The notes: generated by a model from the letters alone, not told the origin. A stretch of 64,000 nt of DNA from Candidatus Marithrix sp. (GCA_016744775.1 JADGDS010000001.1:660290-724289), one strand, 5' to 3'; positions 35,520-46,305 are shown, counted from the stretch's first letter. Translations and numbers: made by a program.

Positions 35520-36548
35520 ATGTTAAAAAAAGCAATCTTAATCTCAACAATCAGTATTTATAGTCAATTTAGTGCCGCCGCTATCTGTTTAGATGAATTA
35601 CAAACAGATAACGCACAAATTTGCACTCCAATAACGACAAAAAATAAATGCACAATGCCAAACCAACTAACTTTGGCGATTAACTCAAAAGTTCCTGCCA
35701 TCAAAATAGGATTTGCTACCAGTCAAATTCCAGCAGATGGTAAAGATTACAAATTATTTCTATTAGTTGAACGTACCAAACTATTAACTTCACTGTTAAA
35801 ACTCAAAAAACCAGAAACAACTAACACATTTGAAGATCACTTATGGAAATTGAAAAAAATCTTGATCACAAAATTAGAAATTCCAGCAACTCGACTATTA
35901 CGAAATGCACGAACTCGTATAGCGGCAACTCCAGCAATTGCTAATTTAACCAAAATACTACCTTTTAATTTTGATACAGCAACACTGTTGAAACAGAAGC
36001 AACTATCTATTCAAGCGGCTTTAATCACAACCACAGATTTCAAAGCGGCAAAATGGGATAAGATCAAGTTTTCTGAAATTGACACACTGAAATTTATAAC
36101 AAAATCATGTCCAAATAAAGTCAGAAAAAAAAAACTAATTACAACTAAACTAAAGCCAGAACAAGTACAGGAATTTACCGATAGAAAAAAGCTAGCAACA
36201 GAAATGTTTAGATCAGTATTCACTCACTTAGAAAACGGAAATGTAACTGTTATTATTGACAAAATCAATAACAAATGGCAATTAGTACCAGTTGATATAA
36301 CAAAATATCCAATGAATATTTACTGCCTAGCAAAAAAAAATTGTATAGGTGGAATATATGCAAGCATACAGAATCACAACAAAAAAGGAGAAATATTATA
36401 TAGAATACACAAAGGCAAAAACATGACAATAAGCTGCGCATGGAAAGAATTCTATTCTGAACCATTTAAAACCATGTCAGAACAACTTAAAAAAGATGCT
36501 CTGGAACGGGCGTGGCATTGGGGAAAAGTTTGTTTTAAAGCTTCTTAA
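35520..36548 (+). CDS. secreted protein of unknown family (X2) with an extra Cys-containing C-terminal domain
   Basis: Signal peptide (MLKKAILISTISIYSQFSAAA). The homologous block is FNFDTATL...IQAALITTTDFKAAKWDKIKFSEIDTLKFITKSC. Confidence 0.6.
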   Translation: MLKKAILISTISIYSQFSAAAICLDELQTDNAQICTPITTKNKCTMPNQLTLAINSKVPAIKIGFATSQIPADGKDYKLFLLVERTKLLTSLLKLKKPETTNTFEDHLWKLKKILITKLEIPATRLLRNARTRIAATPAIANLTKILPFNFDTATLLKQKQLSIQAALITTTDFKAAKWDKIKFSEIDTLKFITKSCPNKVRKKKLITTKLKPEQVQEFTDRKKLATEMFRSVFTHLENGNVTVIIDKINNKWQLVPVDITKYPMNIYCLAKKNCIGGIYASIQNHNKKGEILYRIHKGKNMTISCAWKEFYSEPFKTMSEQLKKDALERAWHWGKVCFKAS

Positions 36549-36912
36549 AATGCGATTCTAACAATTTAGCATCAATTGGATAGAATAATGCTTCTATTTT
36601 GATATGATCATCATAACGTTGTCTTAACTTATCTAAATGATGAACTTCCGCTTTGTCAACAAATAAAATTAACTTAGTTTCTGGAAGGTGGCTGGCTATT
36701 TTTGCAAATAATGAATCAACATTGCTTATAAATGAGCCATATTTTGGTCCAAAAATAAATTCAGCCACTATAATATTAGGACTATTTTTATTCAAATAAA
36801 ATAAAGCTTTCCGCACTGTATTGATTTTAAAGACTTCATACCCATTTTTTTTATACAGTTCAGAAAAATCTGGATAGCCACCTATTTCTATTATTGATAG
36901 TAAGTTTTTCAT
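36535..36912 (-). CDS. hypothetical protein with a receiver-like (flavodoxin-like) pattern
   Basis: 125 aa with an alternating beta/alpha pattern (IIVAEF, LILFVD). No clear phospho-acceptor Asp. Confidence 0.4.
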   Translation of the reverse strand: MKNLLSIIEIGGYPDFSELYKKNGYEVFKINTVRKALFYLNKNSPNIIVAEFIFGPKYGSFISNVDSLFAKIASHLPETKLILFVDKAEVHHLDKLRQRYDDHIKIEALFYPIDAKLLESHFKKL

Positions 36913-36928
36913 AGTATCTTGTTTTTTT

Positions 36929-36954
36929 AAATGGTATTACATATAATACCATTT
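36929..36954. promoter_or_regulatory. 11-bp-arm palindrome AAATGGTATTA-CATA-TAATACCATTT containing TATAAT, directly upstream of the PIN gene
   Basis: Read directly. TATAAT lies at 36942-36947 and the ATG at 36955. Plausibly a TA operator/promoter. Confidence 0.45.
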
Positions 36955-37377
36955 ATGAATACTGTTAATGTTGTTATTGATACAAACGTTGTAATTGCTG
37001 CACTTAAGTCAAAAAAAGGTGCATCATATAAACTATTAATGTCTTTACCTAAAAATATTTTTGTTCCTAATATTTCTGTACCACTCTTTCTTGAATATGA
37101 ATCAGTTGCAAAAAGGAGTGGGATGATAACAAAGCTTAGCACTATTGATATTGATGCCATTCTTGATTATTTGTTAAGCAAATCAAATATTAGAAAAATT
37201 TTCTTCTTATGGCGTCCCTTTTTGAAAGATCCAAAAGATGATTTGGTGTTAGAAGTAGCAGTCAAATCACAAAGTGAATATATTATTACGTTTAACAAAA
37301 GAGACTTTGAGGGCTGTGATAAATTTGGTATTACGGTAATAACCCCTCATGAATTCATAGTAACAAGAAATATATAA
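36955..37377 (+). CDS. PIN-domain toxin
   Basis: NVVIDTNVVIAAL...ILDYLL...DPKDDLVLEVAV...IITFNKRDF is the PIN (TIGR00305-like) pattern. The track start is 36931. Confidence 0.7.
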   Translation: MNTVNVVIDTNVVIAALKSKKGASYKLLMSLPKNIFVPNISVPLFLEYESVAKRSGMITKLSTIDIDAILDYLLSKSNIRKIFFLWRPFLKDPKDDLVLEVAVKSQSEYIITFNKRDFEGCDKFGITVITPHEFIVTRNI

Positions 37378-37379
37378 TT

Positions 37380-37616
37380 ATGAGTACACTAAGCTTAAGA
37401 TTACCAGATTCACTTCACAATGAAGTTAAATCGCTGGCAAAAAATGAAGGAATTTCTATTAATCAATTTATTTCATCTGCTGTAGCTGAAAAAATGTCTG
37501 CACTATTAACGGAGCAATATCTTATGAAAAGAGCAAAGCAAGGAAATGAACAAACATTTCTAAGAGCAATGTCTAAAGTTCCAGATGTTGAACCTGACAT
37601 AGAAGACAGACAATAA
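37380..37616 (+). CDS. ribbon-helix-helix (HicB/Arc-like) antitoxin
   Basis: MSTLSLRLPDSLHNEVKSLAKNEGISINQFISSAVAEK is a typical RHH. It lies 2 nt after the PIN gene, i.e. in reverse TA order. Confidence 0.65.
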   Translation: MSTLSLRLPDSLHNEVKSLAKNEGISINQFISSAVAEKMSALLTEQYLMKRAKQGNEQTFLRAMSKVPDVEPDIEDRQ

Positions 37617-37630
37617 GAAATATTTACACA

Positions 37631-38311
37631 ATGCACATTATAATTTTATTATTACTTTTATTAGCAATAATTTATGGTCCCCAACTTTGGGCTAAAAGAG
37701 TTCTAAATAAGTATAGCCGACATCGTGATGATTTTCCCGGCACGGGCGGTGAATTAGCTCAACATTTATTAAAGCAACTTAATATGCCTGTTAAAGTTGA
37801 GATTACTGAAGCCGGCGATCATTATGATCCTATAGATAAAGTTGTCCGTTTAAGTTCAGATAATTTTAATGGCAAATCTTTAACCGCTGTTGCTACAGCG
37901 GCTCATGAAGTTGGACATGCTATTCAAGATCATAGTGGTTATAAGGCTTTACATAATCGCACTAAGTTAGTGCGTATTGCGCAAGTTGCTGAAAAAGTTG
38001 GTGCTGGTTTAATGATGATGATTCCTGTTATTGCTTTAATTGCGCGTATTCCTGCCGCTGGTGTTTTGATGTTTTTAGGCGGTATTGCCAGTTTAGGAGC
38101 TTCGGTATTGGTTCATTTAATAACTTTGCCAGTTGAGTTTGATGCTAGTTTTAATCGCGCTTTACCAATATTAGAAAAAGGTCAATATATTAATGAAATT
38201 GATCAAAAAGCTGCACGTAAAATTCTTATCGCCTGCGCTTTAACTTATGTTGCTAGTTCATTAGTTAGTTTGCTTAGCTTGTGGCGATGGATTGCTATTT
38301 TAAGGAGATAA
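37631..38311 (+). CDS. membrane zinc metallopeptidase (YugP-like)
   Basis: HEVGHAIQ (HExxH) with an N-terminal TM segment and C-terminal TM segments. 226 aa. Confidence 0.75.
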   Translation: MHIIILLLLLLAIIYGPQLWAKRVLNKYSRHRDDFPGTGGELAQHLLKQLNMPVKVEITEAGDHYDPIDKVVRLSSDNFNGKSLTAVATAAHEVGHAIQDHSGYKALHNRTKLVRIAQVAEKVGAGLMMMIPVIALIARIPAAGVLMFLGGIASLGASVLVHLITLPVEFDASFNRALPILEKGQYINEIDQKAARKILIACALTYVASSLVSLLSLWRWIAILRR

Positions 38312-38315
38312 TTAA

Positions 38316-38452
38316 TGGAGTTCAAAGCTGAGCTTTGTTTTTGTGGATAGGGATTTATAGCTATATACAACTACAGGGATTGCATTTTAGCAGGGATAAA
38401 TATTCTTAACTTACAAGAAAATCCCTGTTAAAATGCAATCCCTGTAGTTTTT
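38316..38452 (+). mobile_element. ~140-nt MITE-like / small-RNA-like repeat, copy 2
   Basis: See copy 1 (25167-25306). 27-bp inverted arms, a 23-nt loop and a terminal T-run. Confidence 0.7.
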
Positions 38453-38534
38453 GAGATATATTTGTTGTAATTGATTTTAAATACTCCATACCCATTTTGT
38501 TCACACATTTTAATTTTAATAGAATAAAAAATTT

Positions 38535-38813
38535 TTGAATCGCAAAATTTATAGCCTATTATGCGCTGCATTTCTATTTGTTCAATATACAGCCATAATT
38601 CATGCAACAAATCATCAGTTTCACACTCCTACATCTGACTGTGAAGTGTATTTTGCTGCCGAAAATTTGGGCAATGCCTTAGTTGATCTGGCTATAAATT
38701 TTAATTTTTGTATCTTTGGTTGTGATGTTTTACCTTTCTTTATAGCTGATTATTCTCAGCTAGTTATTCTACATTTCTTTGCTCGCGCTCCTCCTATTTC
38801 TCTTCATATTTAA
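38535..38813 (+). CDS. hypothetical small membrane/secreted protein upstream of the metal-uptake genes
   Basis: 92 aa with a TTG start, a hydrophobic N-terminus, His/Cys residues and a C-terminal ARAPP. Weak evidence. Confidence 0.3.
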   Translation: MNRKIYSLLCAAFLFVQYTAIIHATNHQFHTPTSDCEVYFAAENLGNALVDLAINFNFCIFGCDVLPFFIADYSQLVILHFFARAPPISLHI

Positions 38814-38833
38814 ATTGTTTTGTTTAACTTTTC

Positions 38834-38896
38834 AGCCCCCCTACCCCCTAAAGGGGGAGCTACAATAAACACCCCCTTTAGGGGGCTGGGGGGCTT
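38834..38896. repeat. family-3 long inverted repeat (AGCCCCCCTACCCCCTAAAGGGGG ... CCCCCTTTAGGGGGCTGGGGGGCT)
   Basis: ~24-nt arms with 2 mismatches, read directly. Confidence 0.75.
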
Positions 38897-38921
38897 AATC
38901 AATTAATATGAAGGAAATTTA

Positions 38922-40082
38922 ATGAAAAAATTAACAACAGCTATTGCTTTAGCTATTTCTACTAACAGTGCTATTGCGGAAACCAATAAGTCATTTAATC
39001 CTGACATAAGTATTATTTTGGATGGGCGTTATGCTAATTTTCAAAATAATCCTGAAGACTATGAATTGCCCGGCTTTCAATTAGGTGGTGAATCTGGTTT
39101 AGGTGAAGATGGATTTAGTCTTGGGCATAGTGAATTGGTGTTTAGTGGCAATATTGATGATAAATTTTATGGTGTCTTAACTGCCGCTTTGCATTCTCAT
39201 GATGGAGAAACTCATATCGAATTGGAAGAGGCTTATTTTGAAACTTTAGGCTTGGGTGCTGGTTTAAATGTTAAAGCTGGACGGTTTTTTTCTGCTATGG
39301 GTTATCTAAATGACCAACATGAACATTCTTGGGATTTTGCTGATGCGCCGCTGATTTATCAAGGATTATTTGCTAATCATTTGAGCAATGATGGAGTACA
39401 AGTTAGTTGGATTGCTCCTACTGATTTATTTATTCAAACTGGTGCCGAAGTTTCTCATGATGATGCTTATACTTTATTTGCTAACTTTGGTGGTGATATT
39501 GGTGATAGTCATAGTTGGCAAATTGGTATTTCTCATTGGTCAAGTAATATAGATGCTCGTACTAGTGCTGCTCATGATCATGGAGCGGAAGTAGTTCATA
39601 CTCCTAGTTTTAGTGGTGATAGTCAAATCAATGCCATTGATATTGTTTGGAAATGGGCACCTAATGGTAATTATAAAGATCGCAATTTTAAATTACAATT
39701 TGAATATTTTGATCGTCAAGAAGATGGTACATTTGAGATCTTAGGTAGTGATCCATTGAAAACTGTTGCTTATGATGGTAGTCAAAGTGGTTGGTATCTA
39801 CAATCGGTTTATCAATTTATGCCTCAATGGCGCGTTGGCTTACGCTATGATCGTTTAGATAGTGATAATAAGGCTTCAAATGAAACCTTTTTATCTAATG
39901 TTGGATTAGATAATGAAGGTATTACGCCACAGCGTTATAGCATGATGCTAGATTGGTCTTATACTGAATATAGTCGTGTTCGTTTGCAATATAATCGCGA
40001 TGAGTCTTATGAACAGGCAGATGATCAAATCTTTTTACAATATACCATGAGTTTAGGTTCACATGGTGCGCATACATTTTAA
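38922..40082 (+). CDS. outer-membrane beta-barrel protein (porin-like, metal-uptake associated)
   Basis: Signal peptide, alternating beta-strand pattern and a C-terminal aromatic residue (..GAHTF). Confidence 0.6.
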   Translation: MKKLTTAIALAISTNSAIAETNKSFNPDISIILDGRYANFQNNPEDYELPGFQLGGESGLGEDGFSLGHSELVFSGNIDDKFYGVLTAALHSHDGETHIELEEAYFETLGLGAGLNVKAGRFFSAMGYLNDQHEHSWDFADAPLIYQGLFANHLSNDGVQVSWIAPTDLFIQTGAEVSHDDAYTLFANFGGDIGDSHSWQIGISHWSSNIDARTSAAHDHGAEVVHTPSFSGDSQINAIDIVWKWAPNGNYKDRNFKLQFEYFDRQEDGTFEILGSDPLKTVAYDGSQSGWYLQSVYQFMPQWRVGLRYDRLDSDNKASNETFLSNVGLDNEGITPQRYSMMLDWSYTEYSRVRLQYNRDESYEQADDQIFLQYTMSLGSHGAHTF

Positions 40083-40092
40083 GGAAACTATT

Positions 40093-40992
40093 ATGAATAA
40101 GAAATGGTATATATTAATATTAATTATTACTTTTAGTCAACCAGCAGCAGCAAAACTAAATGTATTTGCATGTGAGCCTGAATGGGCGGCATTAGCTAAA
40201 GAACTAGGTGGTAATAAACTTAGAATTTATAGTGCTACCACTGGCTTACAAGATCCACATCATATTCAAGCTCGCCCTAGCTTATTAGCAAAAGCGCGAC
40301 GTGCTGATTTATTAGTTTGTACTGGAGCAGAATTGGAAATCGGTTGGTTGCCAATTTTGTTAAGACGAACTGGTAATAGAAAAATACAAGTTGGGCAACT
40401 TGGGCATTTTATGGCAAGCGATTATGTGAAAATGTTAGATATACCAACTGTTGTTGATAGAAGTCTAGGCGATATTCATGCTGCTGGTAATCCACATATT
40501 CAAACAGATCCATCTAATATTGCTAACGTTGCTTTAGTATTAGCACAACGTTTGATTCAAATAGATCCTAGAAGAGCTAATTATTATCAGCGTCGTTATC
40601 AAAATTTTTCTAAACGTTGGCAACAAGCAATGCAACGTTGGAAAAAACAAGCTGCAATATTAAAAGGTACATCCATAGTTGTTCATCATAAAAGTTGGGT
40701 CTATATGGAAAATTGGTTAGGATTACAAGAAGTTGCTACTTTGGAACCAAAACCGGGCTTACCACCTAGTAGTTGGCATTTAGCACAAGTTCTAAGAACG
40801 CTAAAACAAAATCCAGCAAAAATGGTTATTCATTCAGCTTATCAAAATTCGCGCCCTGCAAAATGGCTAGCAAGAAGAGCTAATATTCCAGCAGTTGCTT
40901 TACCTAGTACGGTAGGTGGTAACAAAGCAGCTAAGGATTTATTTAGTTTATTTGATAACATTATAAATCAATTAAAGGCAGCTATTAAATGA
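40093..40992 (+). CDS. metal (Zn/Mn) ABC transporter substrate-binding protein, ZnuA/TroA family
   Basis: Signal peptide and conserved DPHHIQARPS and AAGNPHIQTDP metal-ligand regions. The start was set at the ATG after AAGGAAA; the track start is 40063. Confidence 0.75.
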   Translation: MNKKWYILILIITFSQPAAAKLNVFACEPEWAALAKELGGNKLRIYSATTGLQDPHHIQARPSLLAKARRADLLVCTGAELEIGWLPILLRRTGNRKIQVGQLGHFMASDYVKMLDIPTVVDRSLGDIHAAGNPHIQTDPSNIANVALVLAQRLIQIDPRRANYYQRRYQNFSKRWQQAMQRWKKQAAILKGTSIVVHHKSWVYMENWLGLQEVATLEPKPGLPPSSWHLAQVLRTLKQNPAKMVIHSAYQNSRPAKWLARRANIPAVALPSTVGGNKAAKDLFSLFDNIINQLKAAIK

Positions 40993-41774
40993 GCTTAGAA
41001 GGTTTGGACTTAAATATTTTAGGTCCAGCCTTCTTGGCTGGATTATTAGTAATTGCTACTCATGTGCCGCTTGGTCAAGAAGTTTTAGCGCGTGGTATTA
41101 TTTTTATTGATTTAGCTATTGCTCAAATAGCTGGACTTGGAGTAATTGCTGCTCATAGCTTTGGCTGGGAAAGTCATGGTTGGGAAGTACAAATTGCCGC
41201 TGTAAGTGCTGCATTATCAGGAGCATTAATCTTGCATTGGACAGAAAAACTATGGCCAGATATACAAGAAGCCTTAATTGGCGTATCATTTATACTAGCT
41301 GCCTGTATTGGCATATTGCTTCTATCAAATAATCCTCATGGCGGAGAACACTTACAAGAATTATTAGTCGGTCAAATTTTATGGGTTAATCCAAGCAACT
41401 TAATACCAATAGCAGTAATATATGCAATTATTTTAGGAATTTGGTTTGGACTAGCAACAGCGCGTATTGGTAGATTAGGATTTTATATACTATTTGCTAT
41501 TAGCGTCACAGCCTCAGTACAACTAGTAGGAGTATATTTAGTATTTGCGACGCTAATTATTCCAGCATTAGCAACACGAAATCTAAAGAAAAAACTAATT
41601 TATGGATATATTATTGGTATTTCAGCCTATATTATAGGTTTAGTATTATCAGCACTGTTTGATTTACCTACCGGAGCAGTGGTGGTATTGTCATTAGCAG
41701 TTATTGCCGTTTTATCGCGCTATTTAATTATTTATGTCAAAAAAAACAATTCAAGCTATCAGGGGAATGAATGA
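40989..41774 (+). CDS. metal ABC transporter permease (ZnuB-like)
   Basis: 261 aa, polytopic, translationally coupled to the binding protein. No ZnuC-type ATPase gene is adjacent. Confidence 0.7.
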   Translation: MSLEGLDLNILGPAFLAGLLVIATHVPLGQEVLARGIIFIDLAIAQIAGLGVIAAHSFGWESHGWEVQIAAVSAALSGALILHWTEKLWPDIQEALIGVSFILAACIGILLLSNNPHGGEHLQELLVGQILWVNPSNLIPIAVIYAIILGIWFGLATARIGRLGFYILFAISVTASVQLVGVYLVFATLIIPALATRNLKKKLIYGYIIGISAYIIGLVLSALFDLPTGAVVVLSLAVIAVLSRYLIIYVKKNNSSYQGNE

Positions 41775-43011
41775 CATTCTCCCAACACAAACACCAATTT
41801 GGCAACATATTGAACTTACACTTCGTAAAGTTTTAGAAAGCTACGGCTATCAAGAAATTCGGATGCCCATATTAGAAACAACAGAATTATTTAGTCGTTC
41901 TATAGGAGAAGTTACTGATATTGTTGAAAAAGAAATGTTCAGTTTTATAGATCGTAATTCTGATAATCTCACATTACGCCCTGAAGGAACTGCTAGTTGT
42001 GTTAGAGCCGGCATTGAAAATGGATTATTTTATAATCAAATACAAAGATTATGGTATATGGGTCCAATGTTTCGTCATGAACGCCCGCAAAAAGGTCGAT
42101 ATCGACAATTTAATCAACTCGGTGTAGAAGCTTACGGCTTAACCGGTGCTGATATTGACGCTGAAATAATTTTAATAACAGCGCGTTTTTGGCAAAAATT
42201 AGGACTTGATAATTTAGAATTACAAATTAATTCACTTGGAAGTGCCGAAGCACGAGCAGTTTATCGTGATAAACTAGTAAATTATTTTTTAGCTAACGAA
42301 AGTCAATTAGATGAAGACAGTAAACGCCGCTTAAACACAAATCCTTTGCGGATATTGGATAGTAAAAATCCTCAAATGCAAAATTTGATACAATCAGCAC
42401 CACAATTATTAGATCATCTTGACAAAGAATCACAAACACATTTTAATGAATTAAAGAATATTCTTGATCAAGCTGGTATTAATTATCGCGTCAATCCCCA
42501 ACTAGTACGTGGTTTAGATTATTATAATCGCACCGTATTTGAATGGGTAACACAAGAATTAGGCGCACAAGGCACTATATGTGCAGGTGGGCGTTATGAT
42601 ACCCTAGTAGAACAAATCGGCGGGCATCCAACTCCAGCGATTGGTTTTGCAATGGGGCTAGAACGACTGGTATTATTATTAGAATCTAAATTGCAATTAA
42701 ACGACATTAATCCCCATATTTATATGATAATAGTGGGTAATGAAGCAGTGCAACAACAAGGTTTTGTTTTAGCAGAATCTTTACGTACTGCCTTACCAGA
42801 ACTACGTTTGATTACCAATTGTGGTGGTGGTAGTTTTAAAGCTCAATTTAAACGCGCTGATAAAAGTGCTGCTAAATTCGCGTTAATACTTGGTGAAGAT
42901 GAACTTAATAAGCAACAAGTTGCAATCAAATTTTTACGTGAAAAGCAAGCACAAAAATTATTATCCATATCTGAATTAGCAGATAAACTAAAACAATTAA
43001 TAAAGGAATAA
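41734..43011 (+). CDS. hisS: histidine--tRNA ligase
   Basis: [17 protein letters not shown], class II motifs ([28 protein letters not shown]) and an anticodon-binding C-terminus. Confidence 0.9.
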   Translation: MSKKTIQAIRGMNDILPTQTPIWQHIELTLRKVLESYGYQEIRMPILETTELFSRSIGEVTDIVEKEMFSFIDRNSDNLTLRPEGTASCVRAGIENGLFYNQIQRLWYMGPMFRHERPQKGRYRQFNQLGVEAYGLTGADIDAEIILITARFWQKLGLDNLELQINSLGSAEARAVYRDKLVNYFLANESQLDEDSKRRLNTNPLRILDSKNPQMQNLIQSAPQLLDHLDKESQTHFNELKNILDQAGINYRVNPQLVRGLDYYNRTVFEWVTQELGAQGTICAGGRYDTLVEQIGGHPTPAIGFAMGLERLVLLLESKLQLNDINPHIYMIIVGNEAVQQQGFVLAESLRTALPELRLITNCGGGSFKAQFKRADKSAAKFALILGEDELNKQQVAIKFLREKQAQKLLSISELADKLKQLIKE

Positions 43012-43013
43012 GA

Positions 43014-43715
43014 GTGGCACATTACGAAACTGAACAAGAACAATTAGAAGCAATTAAAAAATGGTGGAAAGACAATGGTAGTTCGATTTTTATTGGAATA
43101 TTAGTAGGAGTAGGCTTATTATTTGGCTGGCGTTGGTATAATAGTCACACCGATCAACAAGCACAATTAGCCTCGAATCTATATGAAAATATGCAAAATT
43201 CAGTTTCAACAGAAGATTTAGAAAATGCAGAAAATATCACCGCCAAACTATTAACTGATCACAGTGATAGCCCTTATGCGATTTTGGCTGCTTTGAATAT
43301 GGCACGTCAAGATATAACAAAAAAAGACTTAGCAAGTGCCCATGTACGTTTACAATGGATACTTGATCAAGATATAAAATTAGAGGAATTAAAACACATT
43401 GCTCGCTTACATAAAGCGAAATTATTCTTATCAGAACAAAAAGTAGCAGAAGTAAAAAAATTAATTACAAATATTGATGTAGGTAAATTTAAAGCTTCTT
43501 ATGCAGAATTAACAGGTGATATTGCAATAATAGAAAATGAAACTGATAAAGCACGGATTGCTTATACAGAAGCCTTAGAAGCTGATTCCACTCGTCAACT
43601 TGTGCAAATGAAATTAGATAATTTAGGAAATAAAGTACAAATTCAGGCACAAATTCCTAAATCTATAATTTTACCGGAAATTGTTGACGATTATGGCAAT
43701 GAAAGCACTTTATAA
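43014..43715 (+). CDS. yfgM: YfgM-like membrane-anchored TPR protein
   Basis: EQEQLEAIKKWWKDNG followed by a TM segment, in the conserved position between hisS and bamB. GTG start. Confidence 0.7.
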   Translation: MAHYETEQEQLEAIKKWWKDNGSSIFIGILVGVGLLFGWRWYNSHTDQQAQLASNLYENMQNSVSTEDLENAENITAKLLTDHSDSPYAILAALNMARQDITKKDLASAHVRLQWILDQDIKLEELKHIARLHKAKLFLSEQKVAEVKKLITNIDVGKFKASYAELTGDIAIIENETDKARIAYTEALEADSTRQLVQMKLDNLGNKVQIQAQIPKSIILPEIVDDYGNESTL

Positions 43716-44850
43716 ACTAGTTTTTTTTATATTATTGCTATTACTAAATGGCTGTGGTTGGTTTAAAACCAAAGATAATAGTGAACCACCTGCACCTTTA
43801 GTAAAATTTACTCCCAGTTTCAGTTTAAAAACTTTATGGACAGCTGATACGGGAGCGGGAATTGACAAGTACTTTCTAAAACTAAAACCTACTCTAAAAA
43901 CTGGTAATTTATTTACTACATCTCCAAAGGGACATGTACGTGTCTTTGAATTTGCCAACGGTAAATCAATATGGCAGACTAAATTAGATATACCCATTTC
44001 AACTGGTCCTGGAGTTGGTGAAGATTTAGTTTTAATTGGAAGTCATAAAGGTGATGTAGTTGCATTATCATTAGAAAATGGTAGCAAACAATGGCAGACC
44101 AATGTTTCTAGTGAAATATTAGCAACTCCTCGTATAAATCAAGGCATAGTGATAGTACGTACTATTGATGGCAAAATATCTGCTCTAAATAGCCAAACCG
44201 GAAAACGTATCTGGATTTATGAACGCCCACGGGTTCCATTACTAAGTTTGCGTGGAACCAGTTCACCAATATTAACGGATCGTTTTATTATTGCAGGCTT
44301 TGATGATGGCAAAATGGCAGTTTTAGAATTACAAACCGGCAAAGTATTATGGGAAGCTCAAATTGCAACACCAAGTGGGCGTACCGAATTAGACAGAATA
44401 GTTGATATTGACGCTGATCCTATCTTATATAAAGACATAGTTTATGTAACCAGTTATCAAGGGCGTACCGTAGCTATTGACTTAGTAAGGGGTAAATTAT
44501 TATGGGAAAAAAAATCATCATCCTATAGCGGCTTAGCTATAGATGATGATTATCTTTATATCAGTGATAGTAATGGCTATGTTGCTGCAATGGATAGGTT
44601 TTCAGGAGCAGAACAATGGAAACAAGAAAAACTAAAAGCTCGTGCTATAACAACCCCAGTATTAATCAATGATTATATTGTCGTTGGAGATTTAGAAGGT
44701 TATTTACATTGGATGAAACGTGAAGATGGCAAATTTGTGACTCGCCATCAAATAGATAATTCTAGTATCAAGGTTGCACCAATGGTATTAGATGAAACCT
44801 TAGTAGCTATTAGCAGTGATGGAAAAATAGTGGCATTGCAAGTAGAATAA
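43699..44850 (+). CDS. bamB: outer membrane protein assembly factor BamB
   Basis: Lipobox LLLLLNGC and PQQ-like beta-propeller repeats. The track start is TTG 43681. Confidence 0.85.
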   Translation: MKALYKLVFFILLLLLNGCGWFKTKDNSEPPAPLVKFTPSFSLKTLWTADTGAGIDKYFLKLKPTLKTGNLFTTSPKGHVRVFEFANGKSIWQTKLDIPISTGPGVGEDLVLIGSHKGDVVALSLENGSKQWQTNVSSEILATPRINQGIVIVRTIDGKISALNSQTGKRIWIYERPRVPLLSLRGTSSPILTDRFIIAGFDDGKMAVLELQTGKVLWEAQIATPSGRTELDRIVDIDADPILYKDIVYVTSYQGRTVAIDLVRGKLLWEKKSSSYSGLAIDDDYLYISDSNGYVAAMDRFSGAEQWKQEKLKARAITTPVLINDYIVVGDLEGYLHWMKREDGKFVTRHQIDNSSIKVAPMVLDETLVAISSDGKIVALQVE

Positions 44851-44853
44851 AAT

Positions 44854-45183
44854 ATGCAAGGTTTTATTGACTTCCTAAACTTCAGGTTTTTTATAAGTCC
44901 CTATGTTTTGCTAGCCTGTTACTATATTGGAGCAATTGGTGTTCCAATTGGAAGTTGGTTCTTAGCCTTGTGGATAAAACGTAAATATTGGTTAGCGTCT
45001 AATATTTACGATTTAAGTAAAATAACATTCATTAAGATCACAAGAACAAAAGATAGAATACTGTTATATATTCTATTTCTTGTGTTTTTCATTTGTATGG
45101 AAATTATGTGGCGTATGATGTTTGAATTTATTATTGCTTATTTACAAATGAGAGATGCGCTTATGGAACTGGCAGGACATTGA
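44854..45183 (+). CDS. hypothetical membrane protein
   Basis: 109 aa with three hydrophobic segments. Family not recognised. Confidence 0.4.
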   Translation: MQGFIDFLNFRFFISPYVLLACYYIGAIGVPIGSWFLALWIKRKYWLASNIYDLSKITFIKITRTKDRILLYILFLVFFICMEIMWRMMFEFIIAYLQMRDALMELAGH

Positions 45184-45186
45184 GAC

Positions 45187-45213
45187 AACAGACCTGACAG
45201 CTGTCAGGTTGTT
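45187..45213. terminator. family-1-related hairpin (AACAGACCTGACAG/CTGTCAGGTTGTT)
   Basis: Lies between the convergent genes 44854-45183 and mraY. Confidence 0.6.
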
Positions 45214-45221
45214 CTAACAAT

Positions 45222-46304
45222 TTAACGAATTTTCAAACTAGCCAATCCAATCAACACCAACATAATAGTAATTATCCAAAAGCGTACAATGACACGCGGC
45301 TCAGGCCATCCTTTTAGTTCAAAATGATGATGTATCGGTGCCATACGAAATATTCGTCGCCCCGTTAGTTTGAAGGAAGCTACTTGCAACATCACTGATA
45401 CAGTTTCCATTACAAATACACCTCCCATAATAAGTAACACTAATTCTTGTCTAACCACTACTGCTAATATTCCTAATGCAGCACCTAATGCTAATGCACC
45501 AACATCTCCCATAAAGACTTGAGCTGGGTAAGTATTAAACCATAGAAAACCTAATCCAGCTCCTACTATTGCTCCGCAAAATATCATTACTTCCCCAACA
45601 CCAGCAATGTAAGGAATACCTAAATATTTAGCAAAATTAATATGTCCAGTGGTATAAGCAAATAATGCAAACGCACCTGCTACTAAAACAGTTGGTACAA
45701 TTGCCAAACCATCTAAACCATCAGTCAGGTTTACCGCATTACTGGTACCTACAATTACAAAATAAGTTAATAATATAAACATCCACGGTGATAACTGAAT
45801 TACCGTTTTAACAAATGGTATTACTAATTGTGTTTCAGTCGGTGATTGGACATTCATTAATAAAAATACAGCGGCTCCAAAACCAAATACCGATTGCCAA
45901 AAATATTTAGCTTTAGCAGATAAACCTTTAGAATTACCCAAAGCTACTTTTCTATAATCATCAATCCAACCTATGACTCCAAACAATAAAGTGACAATTA
46001 ACACTACCCACACAAAACGATTTGATAAATCACCCCATAACAAAGTACTAAAAGCTATAGAAATTAAAATAAGTGCCCCACCCATTGTCGGAGTGCCACT
46101 CTTTTTTAAATGGCTTTGTGGTCCATCATCGCGTACACTTTGTCCAATTTTTAATAGCGTTAAACTTTTTATTAATACTGGACCAACAATTAAAGAAATA
46201 ACTAATGCGGTAATAGTAGCTAAGATCGCTCGTAAAGTTAGATATTGAAAGACATTAAAGCCGCTATAAAAAGAACTTAGATACTCACTTAACCAAAGCA
46301 ACAT
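45222..46304 (-). CDS. mraY: phospho-N-acetylmuramoyl-pentapeptide transferase
   Basis: 360 aa, polytopic, with MraY motifs ([25 protein letters not shown]). Confidence 0.9.
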   Translation of the reverse strand: MLLWLSEYLSSFYSGFNVFQYLTLRAILATITALVISLIVGPVLIKSLTLLKIGQSVRDDGPQSHLKKSGTPTMGGALILISIAFSTLLWGDLSNRFVWVVLIVTLLFGVIGWIDDYRKVALGNSKGLSAKAKYFWQSVFGFGAAVFLLMNVQSPTETQLVIPFVKTVIQLSPWMFILLTYFVIVGTSNAVNLTDGLDGLAIVPTVLVAGAFALFAYTTGHINFAKYLGIPYIAGVGEVMIFCGAIVGAGLGFLWFNTYPAQVFMGDVGALALGAALGILAVVVRQELVLLIMGGVFVMETVSVMLQVASFKLTGRRIFRMAPIHHHFELKGWPEPRVIVRFWIITIMLVLIGLASLKIR

Positions 46305-46305
46305 A

